A DNA stretch of 63,617 bases, filler included, from Octopus bimaculoides (GCF_001194135.2; 9 parts of 7 records of this genome joined end to end with filler, not necessarily neighbours in it); one strand, 5' to 3'. Positions 12,273 through 25,802 are shown, counted from the first letter of the whole stretch. The notes: generated by a model from the sequence alone, not told the origin. A program made the numbers and translations.

Positions 12273-12871
12273 ATCTGGTCCCAACTGTTGGTTCTATTTT
12301 ATTTTTTTTTATTGTTCCGTTAAGTTTTTTCTCTTGATCTTTTGTTCCTCCTAATTCAGCACCGTTCAGCATGGTATACAACGTTTGGTTATATGTAACA
12401 GTATGCGTATTACGCTTCTCAGCTTAACACCACCACCTAGCCTTTGGTGCCATGTGTAGTGTTTGATATGGTTTTTAGCATCTCGACCAGGCACTGTAAT
12501 TGGGAATTTTTGTGACATATTCACGCATCATTACCCACAATGATTTCCATCGTATGTAAAGATACACGCAAATCCCTTGACTAATTTATTTTTCCAGCAT
12601 CTTTCTTAAATAAACATCTCATGTCACCTTTTTCTCCCACGCAAACCACACATCCTATTTTTACTTTGGGATACAAAGTCCTCAAGCCGAATTCGCAACA
12701 CTTCTCTGCTCCCCAGGATAAAATTCTACTCAAACTGCTGTGCAAAAAGTTTTGTTAGAAATGTTTAATAAGCAGATATTGAAATTTATAAATACTACAG
12801 AAGAACTCCATAGAAAATTGGTGTTTATTGCCTGTAAACTGCTTCAATCATAGAGATAAGAGAAAATCAAC

Positions 12872-12889
12872 CTCGCTCTCCGAATACAT
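12872..12889 (-). CDS. candidate 18-nt micro-exon (DVFGER) of antisense gene
   Basis: Acceptor ttattgtgttttcag; weak donor GTTGAT; phase 1 to 1 fits 11099-11206. Confidence 0.2.
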
Positions 12890-13070
12890 CTGAAAACACA
12901 ATAATAAAGGTTCCAAGGGAGTATAAGTATATAAACTATACTATTGTGATTGAAGAGATTCAAGAGTCTTTCCTTCACTTATATTGAAATTTAAATTGCT
13001 ATATAGCGAAGAAATCTTGAAACAAAATTACAACCAAACACACATATACGCGTGCACGCACGCACGTACG

Positions 13071-13125
<55 letters not shown>

Positions 13126-15315
13126 ATTTATATATTAACATGGCTGTGCGAATTATGTTTCTATGAAAAACGAAAGTTATTACAAAAGAATATATAAAAA
13201 GATACATATTCCATCATTTCCATAATTTGTCTCGCCCAATCAACTATATAGACGTTACGAAATTTTATTGGCCTTTCATGTTAATTTTTCTTTTGTCATT
13301 GTTTCCACATACTATTGATTCAGTTTTTTTACATTTATTGTACATTCAGTGGTTCTTAAAATATATATGTGTATGTGTATGTGTATGTGTGTGTGAGTGC
13401 GTGTGTGTGTGTGTTTGTGTGTGTGTGTACATACACGCACTCACACACACTTATATATATATACGATAAATAGGTTGTATGCGTATGATTTCATGTAAAT
13501 TCGTATGTCGAATGTATATTGCTGAGTTAATGTCTAAACGGCACACATGTCACAACCCCGAAGAATTTATAATTGTTCTAAAATTTCTCTCGTATCCTTT
13601 ATGAAGTAATCACGATTACAAAAACTCACAATGTACCGTGTGGAGTTCATATGTCTCATTAACAAAAAACGAATTCTATATATATATTAACTAGAACACA
13701 ACTGTTCTGCTTGAAGTTGCATTCATAAGGGCTCAAATAGGACCGTCTTCATGTGCTAGACCAAATAAGTAAAATTAAATTCAATTAACTCAGGTTAGTA
13801 AGAACTTGCAGTAACAAAGCGGTAAGTCATAAACTACGAAAAGTTACAGAATTCATGTCTCTTCATTTTAGACGTTGAATATTTATTTCGGAGTATGTCT
13901 GAGCGTATAGTCTAAATCGAAATCGGATCTACTATTATAAATAATTCATATATTTCTCAAAATGCATCAGACTTGTCTTGCAAAATATATTTTGCTATAG
14001 GACGCTATAATATACATTCAATTAATATAATTTAATATACTGGAATAAACTGGTATCAAAAGAAATATCTACTATGTAGAGGACCGACAATTATAAAACG
14101 AGACTGAATTTTGTTTCATCCTCTCATTGTTTTCATAAAGTCAAAAAAATAAAGTGTGGCATCATTTGGAATATAATTGGAGTATTCCCATACAAATTGT
14201 TTACAATGTCGATAATATAGCGGTCAGACAAAATTTGCATGTGAATCTTTCTCTCCGTCTTGATACCTCTATCTGTCTATATTTTTCCCTTTATCCCTCT
14301 GTCCACATTTCTCTCTATCTCACTTTCTTTACCTTTATATATATANNNNNNNNNNNNNNNNNNNNNNNNNNNNNNNNNNNNNNNNNNNNNNNNNNNNNNN
14401 NNNNNNNNNNNNNNNNNNNNNNNNNNNNNNNNNNNNNNNNNNNNNNNNNNNNNNNNNNNNNNNNNNNNNNNNNNNNNNNNNNNNNNNNNNNNNNNNNNNN
14501 NNNNNNNNNNNNNNNNNNNNNNNNNNNNNNNNNNNNNNNNNNNNNNNNNNNNNNNNNNNNNNNNNNNNNNNNNNNNNNNNNNNNNNNNNNNNNNNNNNNN
14601 NNNNNNNNNNNNNNNNNNNNNNNNNNNNNNNNNNNNNNNNNNNNNNNNNNNNNNNNNNNNNNNNNNNNNNNNNNNNNNNNNNNNNNNNNNNNNNNNNNNN
14701 NNNNNNNNNNNNNNNNNNNNNNNNNNNNNNNNNNNNNNNNNNNNNNNNNNNNNNNNNNNNNNNNNNNNNNNNNNNNNNNNNNNNNNNNNNNNNNNNNNNN
14801 NNNNNNNNNNNNNNNNNNNNNNNNNNNNNNNNNNNNNNNNNNNNNNNNNNNNNNNNNNNNNNNNNNNNNNNNNNNNNNNNNNNNNNNNNNNNNNNNNNNN
14901 NNNNNNNNNNNNNNNNNNNNNNNNNNNNNNNNNNNNNNNNNNNNNNNNNNNNNNNNNNNNNNNNNNNNNNNNNNNNNNNNNNNNNNNNNNNNNNNNNNNN
15001 NNNNNNNNNNNNNNNNNNNNNNNNNNNNNNNNNNNNNNNNNNNNNNNNNNNNNNNNNNNNNNNNNNNNNNNNNNNNNNNNNNNNNNNNNNNNNNNNNNNN
15101 NNNNNNNNNNNNNNNNNNNNNNNNNNNNNNNNNNNNNNNNNNNNNNNNNNNNNNNNNNNNNNNNNNNNNNNNNNNNNNNNNNNNNNNNNNNNNNNNNNNN
15201 NNNNNNNNNNNNNNNNNNNNNNNNNNNNNNNNNNNNNNNNNNNNNNNNNNNNNNNNNNNNNNNNNNNNNNNNNNNNNNNNNNNNNNNNNNNNNNNNNNNN
15301 NNNNNNNNNNNNNNN

Positions 15316-15351
<36 letters not shown>

Positions 15352-15626
15352 CAAATGATATGTGAGCATATGCATGTATATACATATATGTACATACCTA
15401 CATCTACATGTATATATAGATGCATATCCGGGTACAGGACGTCAAAAAAATAACGTGGACAAAAAAGGAACGGAAACATAAACAAAGCACAAAAAAACAG
15501 ACTTTTTTACGGACAACAGAATGAACACATAGGAAAACAGACGAGCCACTTATCGAACTTTTCCTTACACACACACACATATACAGATACATATATACAT
15601 AAACATTTACACAGACAACCACACAC

Positions 15627-15669
<43 letters not shown>

Positions 15670-16329
15670 GTAAATATATATGTGTATATATGTATATGTA
15701 TGTATATGCATACATATATATAGAGAGAGAGAAAGAGAGAGAGGGAGAGAGATGAATAGATAGATAGATAGATAGATAAGTAAACAACTGGACATCCATA
15801 CATATATATGTGTCCGTGTGCTATTTTTGTCAATGACAGCAAAAGTTAAATTAGTTTATTCTTAAGTTTGTGCCAGGAATACAGGGCTGCGTGATAAGAA
15901 TATATTCAACATATTTGTCCACGTACTTTAATATATAAATCAATGTCCCTGTTTTGGTGCTTTCAATCTGATTATTTATTGCATTCTATGTTATCGATCA
16001 AAATACGATTTCTTTTAATTTCTATCAAAGAGTTTACTAGAATATTTTGCCGGGAGAAAATAAGTTGGCTCTATTACTGTGATATATAATTTCCAGTTTT
16101 ATTGTTTTAACACCCAATGCGGTAAATTAAATTTAAATTGTTTTTGTACATTAATTTCGTGTAAAACAGCTTCTTGTGATTTCTTTTTTGCAGCAAAGAG
16201 AAAAGACAAGAAAAATATCGTTACAACAAATTTAACGGACTTTCTGATTCTCTTCCCAATAATCGGCTTTTATTCAACGTTTGTTATACCTACTACATTA
16301 AGTTTCAACTACTTTCATTTCTTCCGCAG

Positions 16330-16358
16330 ATGGCTTTGGAACACCGAATTACAGACTT
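16330..16358 (+). CDS. candidate 29-nt exon (GFGTPNYRL), phase 1 to 0
   Basis: Acceptor ctttcatttcttccgcag, donor GTAATT; phase-compatible with both 6939-6988 and 29357. Confidence 0.3.
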
Positions 16359-17312
16359 GTAATTTCACGCGCTTTGTCTTCATGGGCAGTCATTTACTCC
16401 ATTTATTTTGATTATCATTTAGAATATTGAGCCTTCTGTACTTATTCTATTTCACTATCTCTCGTTTTCTATGTTTTTCCTTGGCTATGTGATAAGAAGC
16501 TTGATTCCCAACCACATCGTTCCGGGTTCAGAATAATCAACAAAATTATTGCTTAGTTGAAAAGAACAGATAGATAGATACCGTAGGCAGCAGGCAGCGA
16601 GCCCGCTGCGCATGCAAAACTCCAGTAGTAGTAATAATTATAATAATGATAACCATTTCTACTATAGGCGCAAGATATCAATTTTCTTTTTTTCTGAGTT
16701 GCGTTATTCGGCCGCCTAGTCGAGATAGATATAACAAAATCAATGCCTAGCGGTGATCAGTAGTAAACGATATTTAGCTTAGTTAAATATGTTTGTGATA
16801 TATTTTAGTCAAATACAGATAGGAGGATGCACTGGACAGATATTGTGTTTTTACACCTTTTATCATAAGTGAGAATTTTTTTCTCCAGAGTAACTGCTGT
16901 GAATTTGCATTTACAAGTCAAGATATGCCACAAACATATTTTAATTATTCTAAAATTTGTTTATTCCTAATCACTGTTTGGTACTGATCTTGTTACGTAC
17001 ATACATACATGCATACATACATACATACATACACACGTACATAAACAATATTGGTAGATCACGTTGTACTTATGTAGTAGAGTATACAGCTTTATTTCGT
17101 GTTGTATCTATAGTCCACCATCCAGAAGATACGGTCTTATGTGTATATATTTAAATAAATATATCCGTTTGTGTGCCCCAAGATATGCAGCCTTGTATGT
17201 CTGTGTAGTTTCTTGCTGGAGCTCACTCGAGTAGAAATTCCACATACAAATATGTGTGAATTTATGAGATTGAGAGAAATTTAGAGTGTATTTGTGCTTT
17301 GTCTTTCATGTG

Positions 17313-17515
17313 GGAGCTAACAGAATTGTTAGCACACTGGTAAAATGCTTAGTGGCATTTCGTCCGTCCTAACGTGCTGAGTTCAAATTCCTCCGAGTCC
17401 GTCTTTACTTTTCATCCTATCTGGGTCGATAAAATAAGTACCAGTTGGGGTCGTTGTTATCGACTATTGTTTTCCTCACAAATTACAGGCCATGTGCTAA
17501 TAGTAGAAACAATTA
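17313..17515 (+). mobile_element. SINE family A copy
   Basis: GAGTTCAAATTCCTCCGAG..TTTCATCCTATCTGGGTCGATAAAATAAGTACCAGT core. Confidence 0.8.
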
Positions 17516-18311
17516 ATTCTTCTTATGGCGTCTTCATTACATTGCTTTTGAGTCGCTGAGATGAATTATATTGATATTTCACAAATGAATTTCGAAGTAG
17601 AATTTTTCGTTTTGCGTAAGCGAAATTTATGTGCTAATAGTAGAAACAATTAATTCTTTATGTGAATTTAGAATATTTCGAACTATCTTCGCGAGTGATT
17701 TTAAAATTGCAGGTCTTCTGGCTGAAATTTATCGGTGAATTTTCTGTTTTTTTTTAATTCATTTTCATTATCTGTGGCTATTAGCTTCAAAATTTTAATA
17801 TGATAGTGATTCGTTTTTAATTTTTCTCTCTTTTTTTTTTGTGATTTATTTGTCATTTCTATCATTAGTTCTGGTTTTTGTTTTTTATTTCTATCTTGGA
17901 ACTGATGAGGGGCAGACATCATTCCTCGTGTGTAACTACTGCAAAAAAAAATTTCGTTTCATATGTCTCCTGATGTAGCGATATGGATGTTAATTCTTTC
18001 AATCCCCCAAATGTATGAATTATCATTTAATGGGTAAACAATGTTTTGTCAGCTTACAATCTCTCTTTCTCTGAGTCTACACACACACACACACACACAC
18101 AAATACACACACATATGTGAATGTACAAATATATGTATATATTTGCGTATATACGTTTATATACATATATNNNNNNNNNNNNNNNNNNNNNNNNNNNNNN
18201 NNNNNNNNNNNNNNNNNNNNNNNNNNNNNNNNNNNNNNNNNNNNNNNNNNNNNNNNNNNNNNNNNNNNNNNNNNNNNNNNNNNNNNNNNNNNNNNNNNNN
18301 NNNNNNNNNNN

Positions 18312-18344
<33 letters not shown>

Positions 18345-18347
<3 letters not shown>

Positions 18348-18667
18348 GGCGCGTGGCTTAGTGGTTAGGGCATTCGCTTCCTGACCGTAATGTCGTGATT
18401 TCATTACACGGCGACGCGTTGTGACCTTGAGCAAGACACTCTATTTCACGCTGCTCCAGTTCACCCAACTTACAAAAATGAGTAGTACCTGTATTTCGAA
18501 GGGCCAGCCTTGTCACACACTGTGTCACGCTGAATCTCCCTGAGAACTACTCTAGGCGCATACGTGTCATTGGAGCGCTCAGCCACATGTACGTTAATTT
18601 CATGAGCATGTTGTTCTGTTGATCGTATCAGCTGGGACCTTCGTCGTCGTAACCGACGGAGTGCTCC
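18345..18667 (+). mobile_element. tRNA-headed SINE with family-C 3' half but different 5' half
   Basis: Head GAAGGCGCGTGGCTTAGTGGTTAGGG..CCTTGAGCAAGACAC; from about 18490 it aligns with family C (GGGCCAGCCTTGTCACAC..CGTCGTCGTAACCGACGGAGTGC). Confidence 0.8.
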
Positions 18668-18838
18668 TTTTATATCATTCAAATATATTTTAATTTTTTA
18701 TTGAATATTTTCATTACATTATTCTACCATCTCACCCTCTCCTTACCATTCATATATTTATGAAAGCACTGAGCTTTGCAGTCATCTTGTATTTATCTTG
18801 TTATTTTAAATTATAGTCCTCTGACTCTTCCTCTTTTC

Positions 18839-18880
<42 letters not shown>

Positions 18881-19262
18881 ATCTTCCACTCTCTTTGCCT
18901 CTTGATATTCACGCCAAATGATTTATTTCCAGTATATATAATACAATTCTGTTTGCTCCACCCCAGCCATCATCTGCATATATATGTTCATACGATTCTA
19001 CGTATTGATGCATGTATGTATTTATATACATGTACGTATGTATGCTTGTATGTATGCATGCATGTATGCATGCTTCCATATATATATATATATATATATG
19101 TATACACGCATGCATATATGTATGTGACTATGTATGTATGCATGCATGTATGTATGCATGTATGTATGTATATATGCATGCATGTATGTAACTATCTATG
19201 TGTCTATGCATGTGTATANNNNNNNNNNNNNNNNNNNNNNNNNNNNNNNNNNNNNNNNNNNN

Positions 19263-19274
19263 TTAATTAATTAA
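19263..19274. other. artificial scaffold spacer TTAATTAATTAA inside 100-nt N blocks (also 24597, 29003, 44541, 48610, 50853, 56622, 62242)
   Basis: Identical 12-mer with stops in all six frames, always centred between 44 N on each side. Confidence 0.95.
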
Positions 19275-19966
19275 NNNNNNNNNNNNNNNNNNNNNNNNNN
19301 NNNNNNNNNNNNNNNNNNTATATATATACTCATATACATATATACATACATATACATACATACGTGTAGCCATACACTTGTTCATACATAGATGCATAGC
19401 GCCATCTATACACACACACGCACACACCTACATAACAGAGATAGACAGACGGGACAGGAAGTTGTGAGAGAATAATAAAGAGATTATACAAGTGTAAGTG
19501 CGAGAGTATATTTCTGTGTGCGCGTGTGCGCGTGTGTGCGTGTGTCTGTCTGTCGGTCTGTCTGTCCATCTCTGCTTAAATATATAAAACGGAGTGTAAT
19601 TAGGTTATGGCTGTGCTTTGCATATTTAGCATTTGACTTAGATTAATTAGGTGTACGTTTATATGTGGCTGTGTGTGTATGAATGTGTATGAGTTTGGTC
19701 CTCTATATTTACACAGCTATTTATCTATGCATCTATACATACATACATACATACATACATATATGTATGTACGTATGTATGTATGTATGTATGTATGTAT
19801 GTGTGTATGCGTGTGTAAGGATATATATATATATATATGTATATAAATGTATGCATATATGTTTGTCTGTCTATCTCTATGTATGTATATATATATATAT
19901 ATATGCACATTCATATATATACATATATATATATATATAGATATCTATATATACATATATATATAC

Positions 19967-20006
<40 letters not shown>

Positions 20007-20807
20007 AGATATATATATATACATTTATACATACATATATATANNNNNNNNNNNNNNNNNNNNNNNNNNNNNNNNNNNNNNNNNNNNNNNNNNNNNNNNN
20101 NNNNNNNNNNNNNNNNNNNNNNNNNNNNNNNNNNNNNNNNNNNNNNNNNNNNNNNNNNNNNNNNNNNNNNNNNNNNNNNNNNNNNNNNNNNNNNTATATA
20201 TATATATATATATAAATTATATGCTAGTAGAAAGAGTGAACACGAGAATAAGTTTGATACATTAGTAGTTAAATTGTGTAATGTACTTTAAATCATATCT
20301 GTGTGGGGTTGTTTATTTATTTATTTATTTATTTATTAGCTATTCCTGTCTATTGCGACGGTTGTAAATAATTCTCATATGTATAATATTTGTAGGACAT
20401 AGAAAGAAGAAACTGCAGCTATTTGTTAGTCAACGTCAGCAACTGAGTACCAGCCGTAGCTATCCACACTCACATACTTATTATAATCAAGGGACCTGTG
20501 GATAGATACGAGTAGTACCCAGTTGCCAAATAATCTCAGTCACATATACCGGGTACACACATGCACACATACATATGCTCACCTTCCTTTTAATCATTTA
20601 ATCCTTTTAATCTTTCTAACAAAGATACAAAGCTCCATCGTTGGAATGCAGATAACGAAACCAATGTCACGTATTAAATTTCAGAAAAGTCTTGCATATT
20701 TTTACTGTTCCACTCATAGGTTGTATTTCTAATGCGCGAGTTATTTGGTTGTTTTCTTATTCTGAAAGTCTCAGCTTATTCAGTCTCTCACACAGGCATT
20801 TACTTAC

Positions 20808-20854
20808 AAAGCCAATCGCACCATTCGTTATTGATATAAATGTGAAATTATTAT
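20808..20854 (-). CDS. candidate 47-nt exon (NNFTFISITNGAIGF)
   Basis: Acceptor cttctctatgcag, perfect donor GTAAGT, only the phase-1 frame is open. Its connection to other exons is not established. Confidence 0.3.
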
Positions 20855-20906
20855 CTGCATAGAGAAGCTCGAAGTTTATGCATGCATGTGTGTATGGATG
20901 GATGAA

Positions 20907-20964
<58 letters not shown>

Positions 20965-21417
20965 TGTGTGTGTGTACATGTGTGCATATATTACCATACA
21001 CAAAAGACAGACAATGAAACGGAGCCAAACAAATAGAGATAGAGAGAATGTGAAGGACAAATAAGCAACGGTGATATTTCTCGTTAAATGTCAGACATGC
21101 TTAAAAGTGCGTTCGTACACAAAGAATTCTACAAATAGATCGTGTTGACTCTTCTAATAAGAGATAAATGAACCTCCTTACCAATAATATATATCAGTTC
21201 CTAGTTCACGGTTTTATTTTATTTCATTATAATCTCAACTGAATATTGGACAATGAATATAAAACACCAATTTGTTCAGCTTTCATTTTCTTTCTGATTT
21301 TGTTCTTTCTTTTTTTGTTCTTGTTTAATAGTATGTGGACGTTGTGAATTATACTAATAATAGCAATAATAATAATGATAATAATAATTATGATGATGAT
21401 GATGATGATAAGAAGAA

Positions 21418-21860
21418 GAAGAGACTACACAATCAATTCCATGTAGCCACAACAGAATTTGCTGGAAAAAATAGGTGGGATTGGCTGATGAAAGGAACCC
21501 TAAAACAAGAGATGGAGAGCACTATACTGGCAGCGCAGGACCACGCTCTGGACACGAACTGGAGGGTCAGCCTGAGAAATGTGCAAGTCTCTCTGCTGAG
21601 TCGTCACTGCAATAAAGTGAATGAAACCGTTGCTCATATCACGAATGAATGCCCTAGACTTGCCGAAAACCACTACAAGTTGTGACCACACGACCAGGTA
21701 GCGAAAGTGCTACATTGAAAACTGGGCGAAAAGTGGGGGCTAGAGAGAGGCAAGACGTGGTACGAGCACAAACCACAGAGAGTGGCAGAGTCGGAAACTA
21801 GTCGGGGTTTCCCAATACAAACAGATCTGCTGCTAGAGTATAACAGACCGGACCTAGTAG
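21418..21860 (+). mobile_element. non-LTR retrotransposon fragment, R4/Dong-like (post-RT, CCHC knuckle, start of restriction-like endonuclease)
   Basis: LHNQF..WDWLMKGTLKQEMESTILAAQDHALDTN..RHCNKVNETVAHITNECPRLAENHYK..HDQVAKVLH..WYEHKPQRV..PIQTD..YNRPDLVV. Confidence 0.85.
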
Positions 21861-22620
21861 TGGAGGGCAAGGTTCACCACTTAGGTGGTGTTTACAACAG
21901 GTCGAGTGACTGCGTTACGACTCGATTTAGCGGTTCTTCACACCTACACGAAGGCAAGTGGTATACTCTCAATATGGCGTTATCTTGGCATTCTTCATTT
22001 TCAGGAGTTATATTCGATATCAAAATCATGCATGATAACCGATGCTTTGCGAGAGAATAAGAGAGAGAGAGAGATTGAGAGGTAAATGATGGAGATTTAT
22101 TAAGTTCTCTACTAGATTTTAATTAACGTTTCGTTCATGGAAAAAAATTAGGTAGTTAAACGGTTGTAGTCGTTTTTATGAATACAGTTCCATATTTTTA
22201 TGTACTAAATTCCAAATAATTATCGTTCTTACTTCTAACAGATACATGTGTGTGTGATATTGTTCTTATTATGGTTGGTACACACACACACACGCACGCA
22301 CGCATGCATGTATGAATAATTAACTAACTCTGTTTACAAACTTTTTATCGTCTGTCTGTATTTTTAGTGTTTGTGCGTGTGGGGGCGAGCATGCTATTTT
22401 TGCCTCTTGTACATTCATTTGGTTTAACTACGTTTATTTCTGTGTATGTATGTATGTATATATATATATATATGTGTGTGTATGTGTGTGTATGTAATAT
22501 ATATATATATGTATATATATACATGTACATATACATGCGCATATATACATATATATGCATATATATTAATTTACATTTTCACACATACCTATAGGCAAAT
22601 ACACACACACATACACACAG

Positions 22621-22661
<41 letters not shown>

Positions 22662-23291
22662 GTTACTTATACATTTGTGTATGTTGGCATTTACAAATAT
22701 ATATATGTATGTACATTTGCATACACACACATATATGCATAAACATATGTATACATGTGTATATATATGTGTGTGAGTGTGGTATGTGTGAGTGTGCATA
22801 GTCCTGTATACATCTGCGTGCGTCATTGTATGAAAGTGTTTGTGTATGTTTATACATCAATGTTTGTGTATAATTACGTAGTGTGTGTGTATATGTATGC
22901 AATGCATACACAGCTCGCCTTTGATGTTCTGATTAAAAAACAACGACTGCGGTTTCTTATGAAGTGTGTTTCTGCGTGATTATAGATTCTACGTGTCACT
23001 GGATGATATAATTGTATGTGTGCGCAATACACAACCGTGACATGACGTTTTACGTGTGGTAACAGTTGTTGTCTGACCGTTATGTTGGTGTGAGCTGTGT
23101 GATTTGTCATGTGACTCTAGCGACTCTCGCTCTCTCTCTTTCATACTTTACATCTGTCTTACTTACTCACTCATTCACTCACTCACTCACGCTCTCTTTT
23201 AATCTCTTAATCCTAACTCGCTCAAGACCCCACAAACGTAACAAAATTAGTAAAAAATGTATATATACATACATATGAAGGAATATATACT

Positions 23292-23341
<50 letters not shown>

Positions 23342-23351
23342 NNNNNNNNNN

Positions 23352-23389
<38 letters not shown>

Positions 23390-23795
23390 TTATCAATCTA
23401 CCTATCTATCGCTACATATATATGTGTATGTATGTATATGTAAATAAATGCATATGCATATATATACATATATATACATACATATCTCTGTGTGTGTGTG
23501 TGTGTGTTTATACTCGCGCGCCCCCCACGTGTGTGCGTGTGTGTGTATATACATATATGGATTGATGTACATAGGTATATGTGTGTGTAGGTAGTTCCAC
23601 CTGTGTTTCGCTCTATGCAAGTGTATGTTTATACACACACATGCACACACACATATATATATTTATATACACATACACATACAGACACACATACACACAC
23701 ACACATAATATGAGATAAGAAAGCTACAATCGTATACACAAACTTCTACCACTCACTCTCACTGTCTCTACATGCACCCATACACGCCCCCCCAC

Positions 23796-23799
<4 letters not shown>

Positions 23800-23870
<71 letters not shown>
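23800..23870. repeat. long pure (TA)n
   Basis: Directly visible. Confidence 0.95.
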
Positions 23871-23877
<7 letters not shown>

Positions 23878-24101
23878 CATATTTTATACATTTGTAAAAA
23901 ATCTATATAACATATTTGTGTATGCGTTTGGACGTTGATATCTATATGTGTATATGTATGTGTACGCGTTTATATAATCGCGTGTGTGTATTTATGTATA
24001 TTCAGCATGTATGTGCGTTTGTAGACACGGCTCATTTTTATACTGTTTCCTAGTCTCTTTTTCATCTCGTCACACAGACACACAGACACACACAGAGACA
24101 C

Positions 24102-24137
<36 letters not shown>

Positions 24138-24334
24138 GGACGCATATATACTGTATATTTATTGATATTTTATTTATTATTTTTCTTTTTATTAATGACA
24201 TCCGATGATAAATTACTGAGTAGGATAATATACTATTAAAAGTTCAAACATCATAGAATTAGTTCTGTACTTGGAAATTCTCTTTAGTGTAAATAGTCAA
24301 CTGAAGTTTGTTTAGTAGAATGCTAAATCAACGC

Positions 24335-24337
<3 letters not shown>

Positions 24338-24402
<65 letters not shown>

Positions 24403-24488
24403 TTTCATCGTCATTATTGTTATCATCATCATCATCATACTCATCATCATCATCATCATCATCATTATTATTATTGTTGTTGTTGTTT
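24338..24488. repeat. compound (TTA)n/(ATC)n/(TTG)n microsatellite
   Basis: Directly visible. Confidence 0.95.
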
Positions 24489-24652
24489 GTTTATTTATTC
24501 ATTTATTTCTAGTAATTTTTGCTCTTCTGTACGTGTTTTTGCTGTTTTCATTNNNNNNNNNNNNNNNNNNNNNNNNNNNNNNNNNNNNNNNNNNNNTTAA
24601 TTAATTAANNNNNNNNNNNNNNNNNNNNNNNNNNNNNNNNNNNNNNNNNNNN

Positions 24653-24706
<54 letters not shown>

Positions 24707-25304
24707 TGGAACATAGAAGAATGAGGAGGAGGAGAAGAAGAAGAAGAAAATGTGTAACATAATAATAATAAATGCTCTGATCTATTACCAAGCAGTGGCT
24801 CTCATTTCTGTTGATCTTAACTGATTGGAAGTGTTACCATGTATATTGTTTTGTCTTGGTATAAAAGATGGGCTCCAGCAAATATTCTGCTCAATACCAC
24901 AGATTTTCTTGTCAGTTGCTTGACCTTAAATAGTCAAGCATGTCCCTTAGTGGCTGAGTATATGTGCATCTCTGATCACGAGCAGAAGTAGTTGGGGAGC
25001 ATCATTGTCATGTGTTGGGAGGAATTCTTTGAGGTCTGAATAATTCACCTCTAGGAACAAAAGTGTTTTGTTCATCATCCTTATACAGGGACCTTTCGAG
25101 TGGGATGGGCTACTCGACTTGAACAAAATTCTAACTGGACCCCACCTGTAAGGTCATGTGCTGTTTATCTTGATATGAGATCACTATGTCGCGCACATAT
25201 GGTTGTGATGCATGTACTTGGTGTACCGTTATCAGACGTGTAGTCATGATGGGTATATTGGGCTTCGTATATTTGTACCCCAGTGTCACTTTGACGACAT
25301 GCAC

Positions 25305-25361
<57 letters not shown>

Positions 25362-25362
<1 letters not shown>

Positions 25363-25555
25363 TTCTACTATTGGCACAAGGCCTGAAATTTGGGGGGAGG
25401 GGACTGCTCGATTACATCGACCCCAGTGTATCATTGATACTTATTTTGTCGACCCCGAAAGGATGAAAAGCAAAGTCGACCTCAGAACGTGCAGACTGAC
25501 GAAATACCGCTAAGCATTTTGCCTGGCGTGTTAACGACTGTGCTAGCTCGCCTCC

Positions 25556-25619
<64 letters not shown>

Positions 25620-25802
25620 CTGCTATAGGCACAAGGCCTGAAATTTGGTGGAGGGAGGGATAAGTCAATTACATCAATCCCAGTGCGTAACTGGTGGTTA
25701 ATTTATTGATCCCGAAAGAATGAAAGGCAAAGTCGACCTCGGCGGAATTTGAACTCGGAACATAGCGACGGGCAAAATACCGCTAACGACTCTGCCAGCT
25801 CG
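25362..25802 (-). mobile_element. two tandem SINE family A copies, each with an (AAT)n tail
   Basis: Copies at ~25362-25558 and ~25613-25802, separated by (AAT)n. Confidence 0.85.

Noticed and set aside
24780-25310. GC-richer block that looks like an interspersed repeat
   Set aside because: Single copy in this window and no diagnostic motif, so I cannot support a classification.
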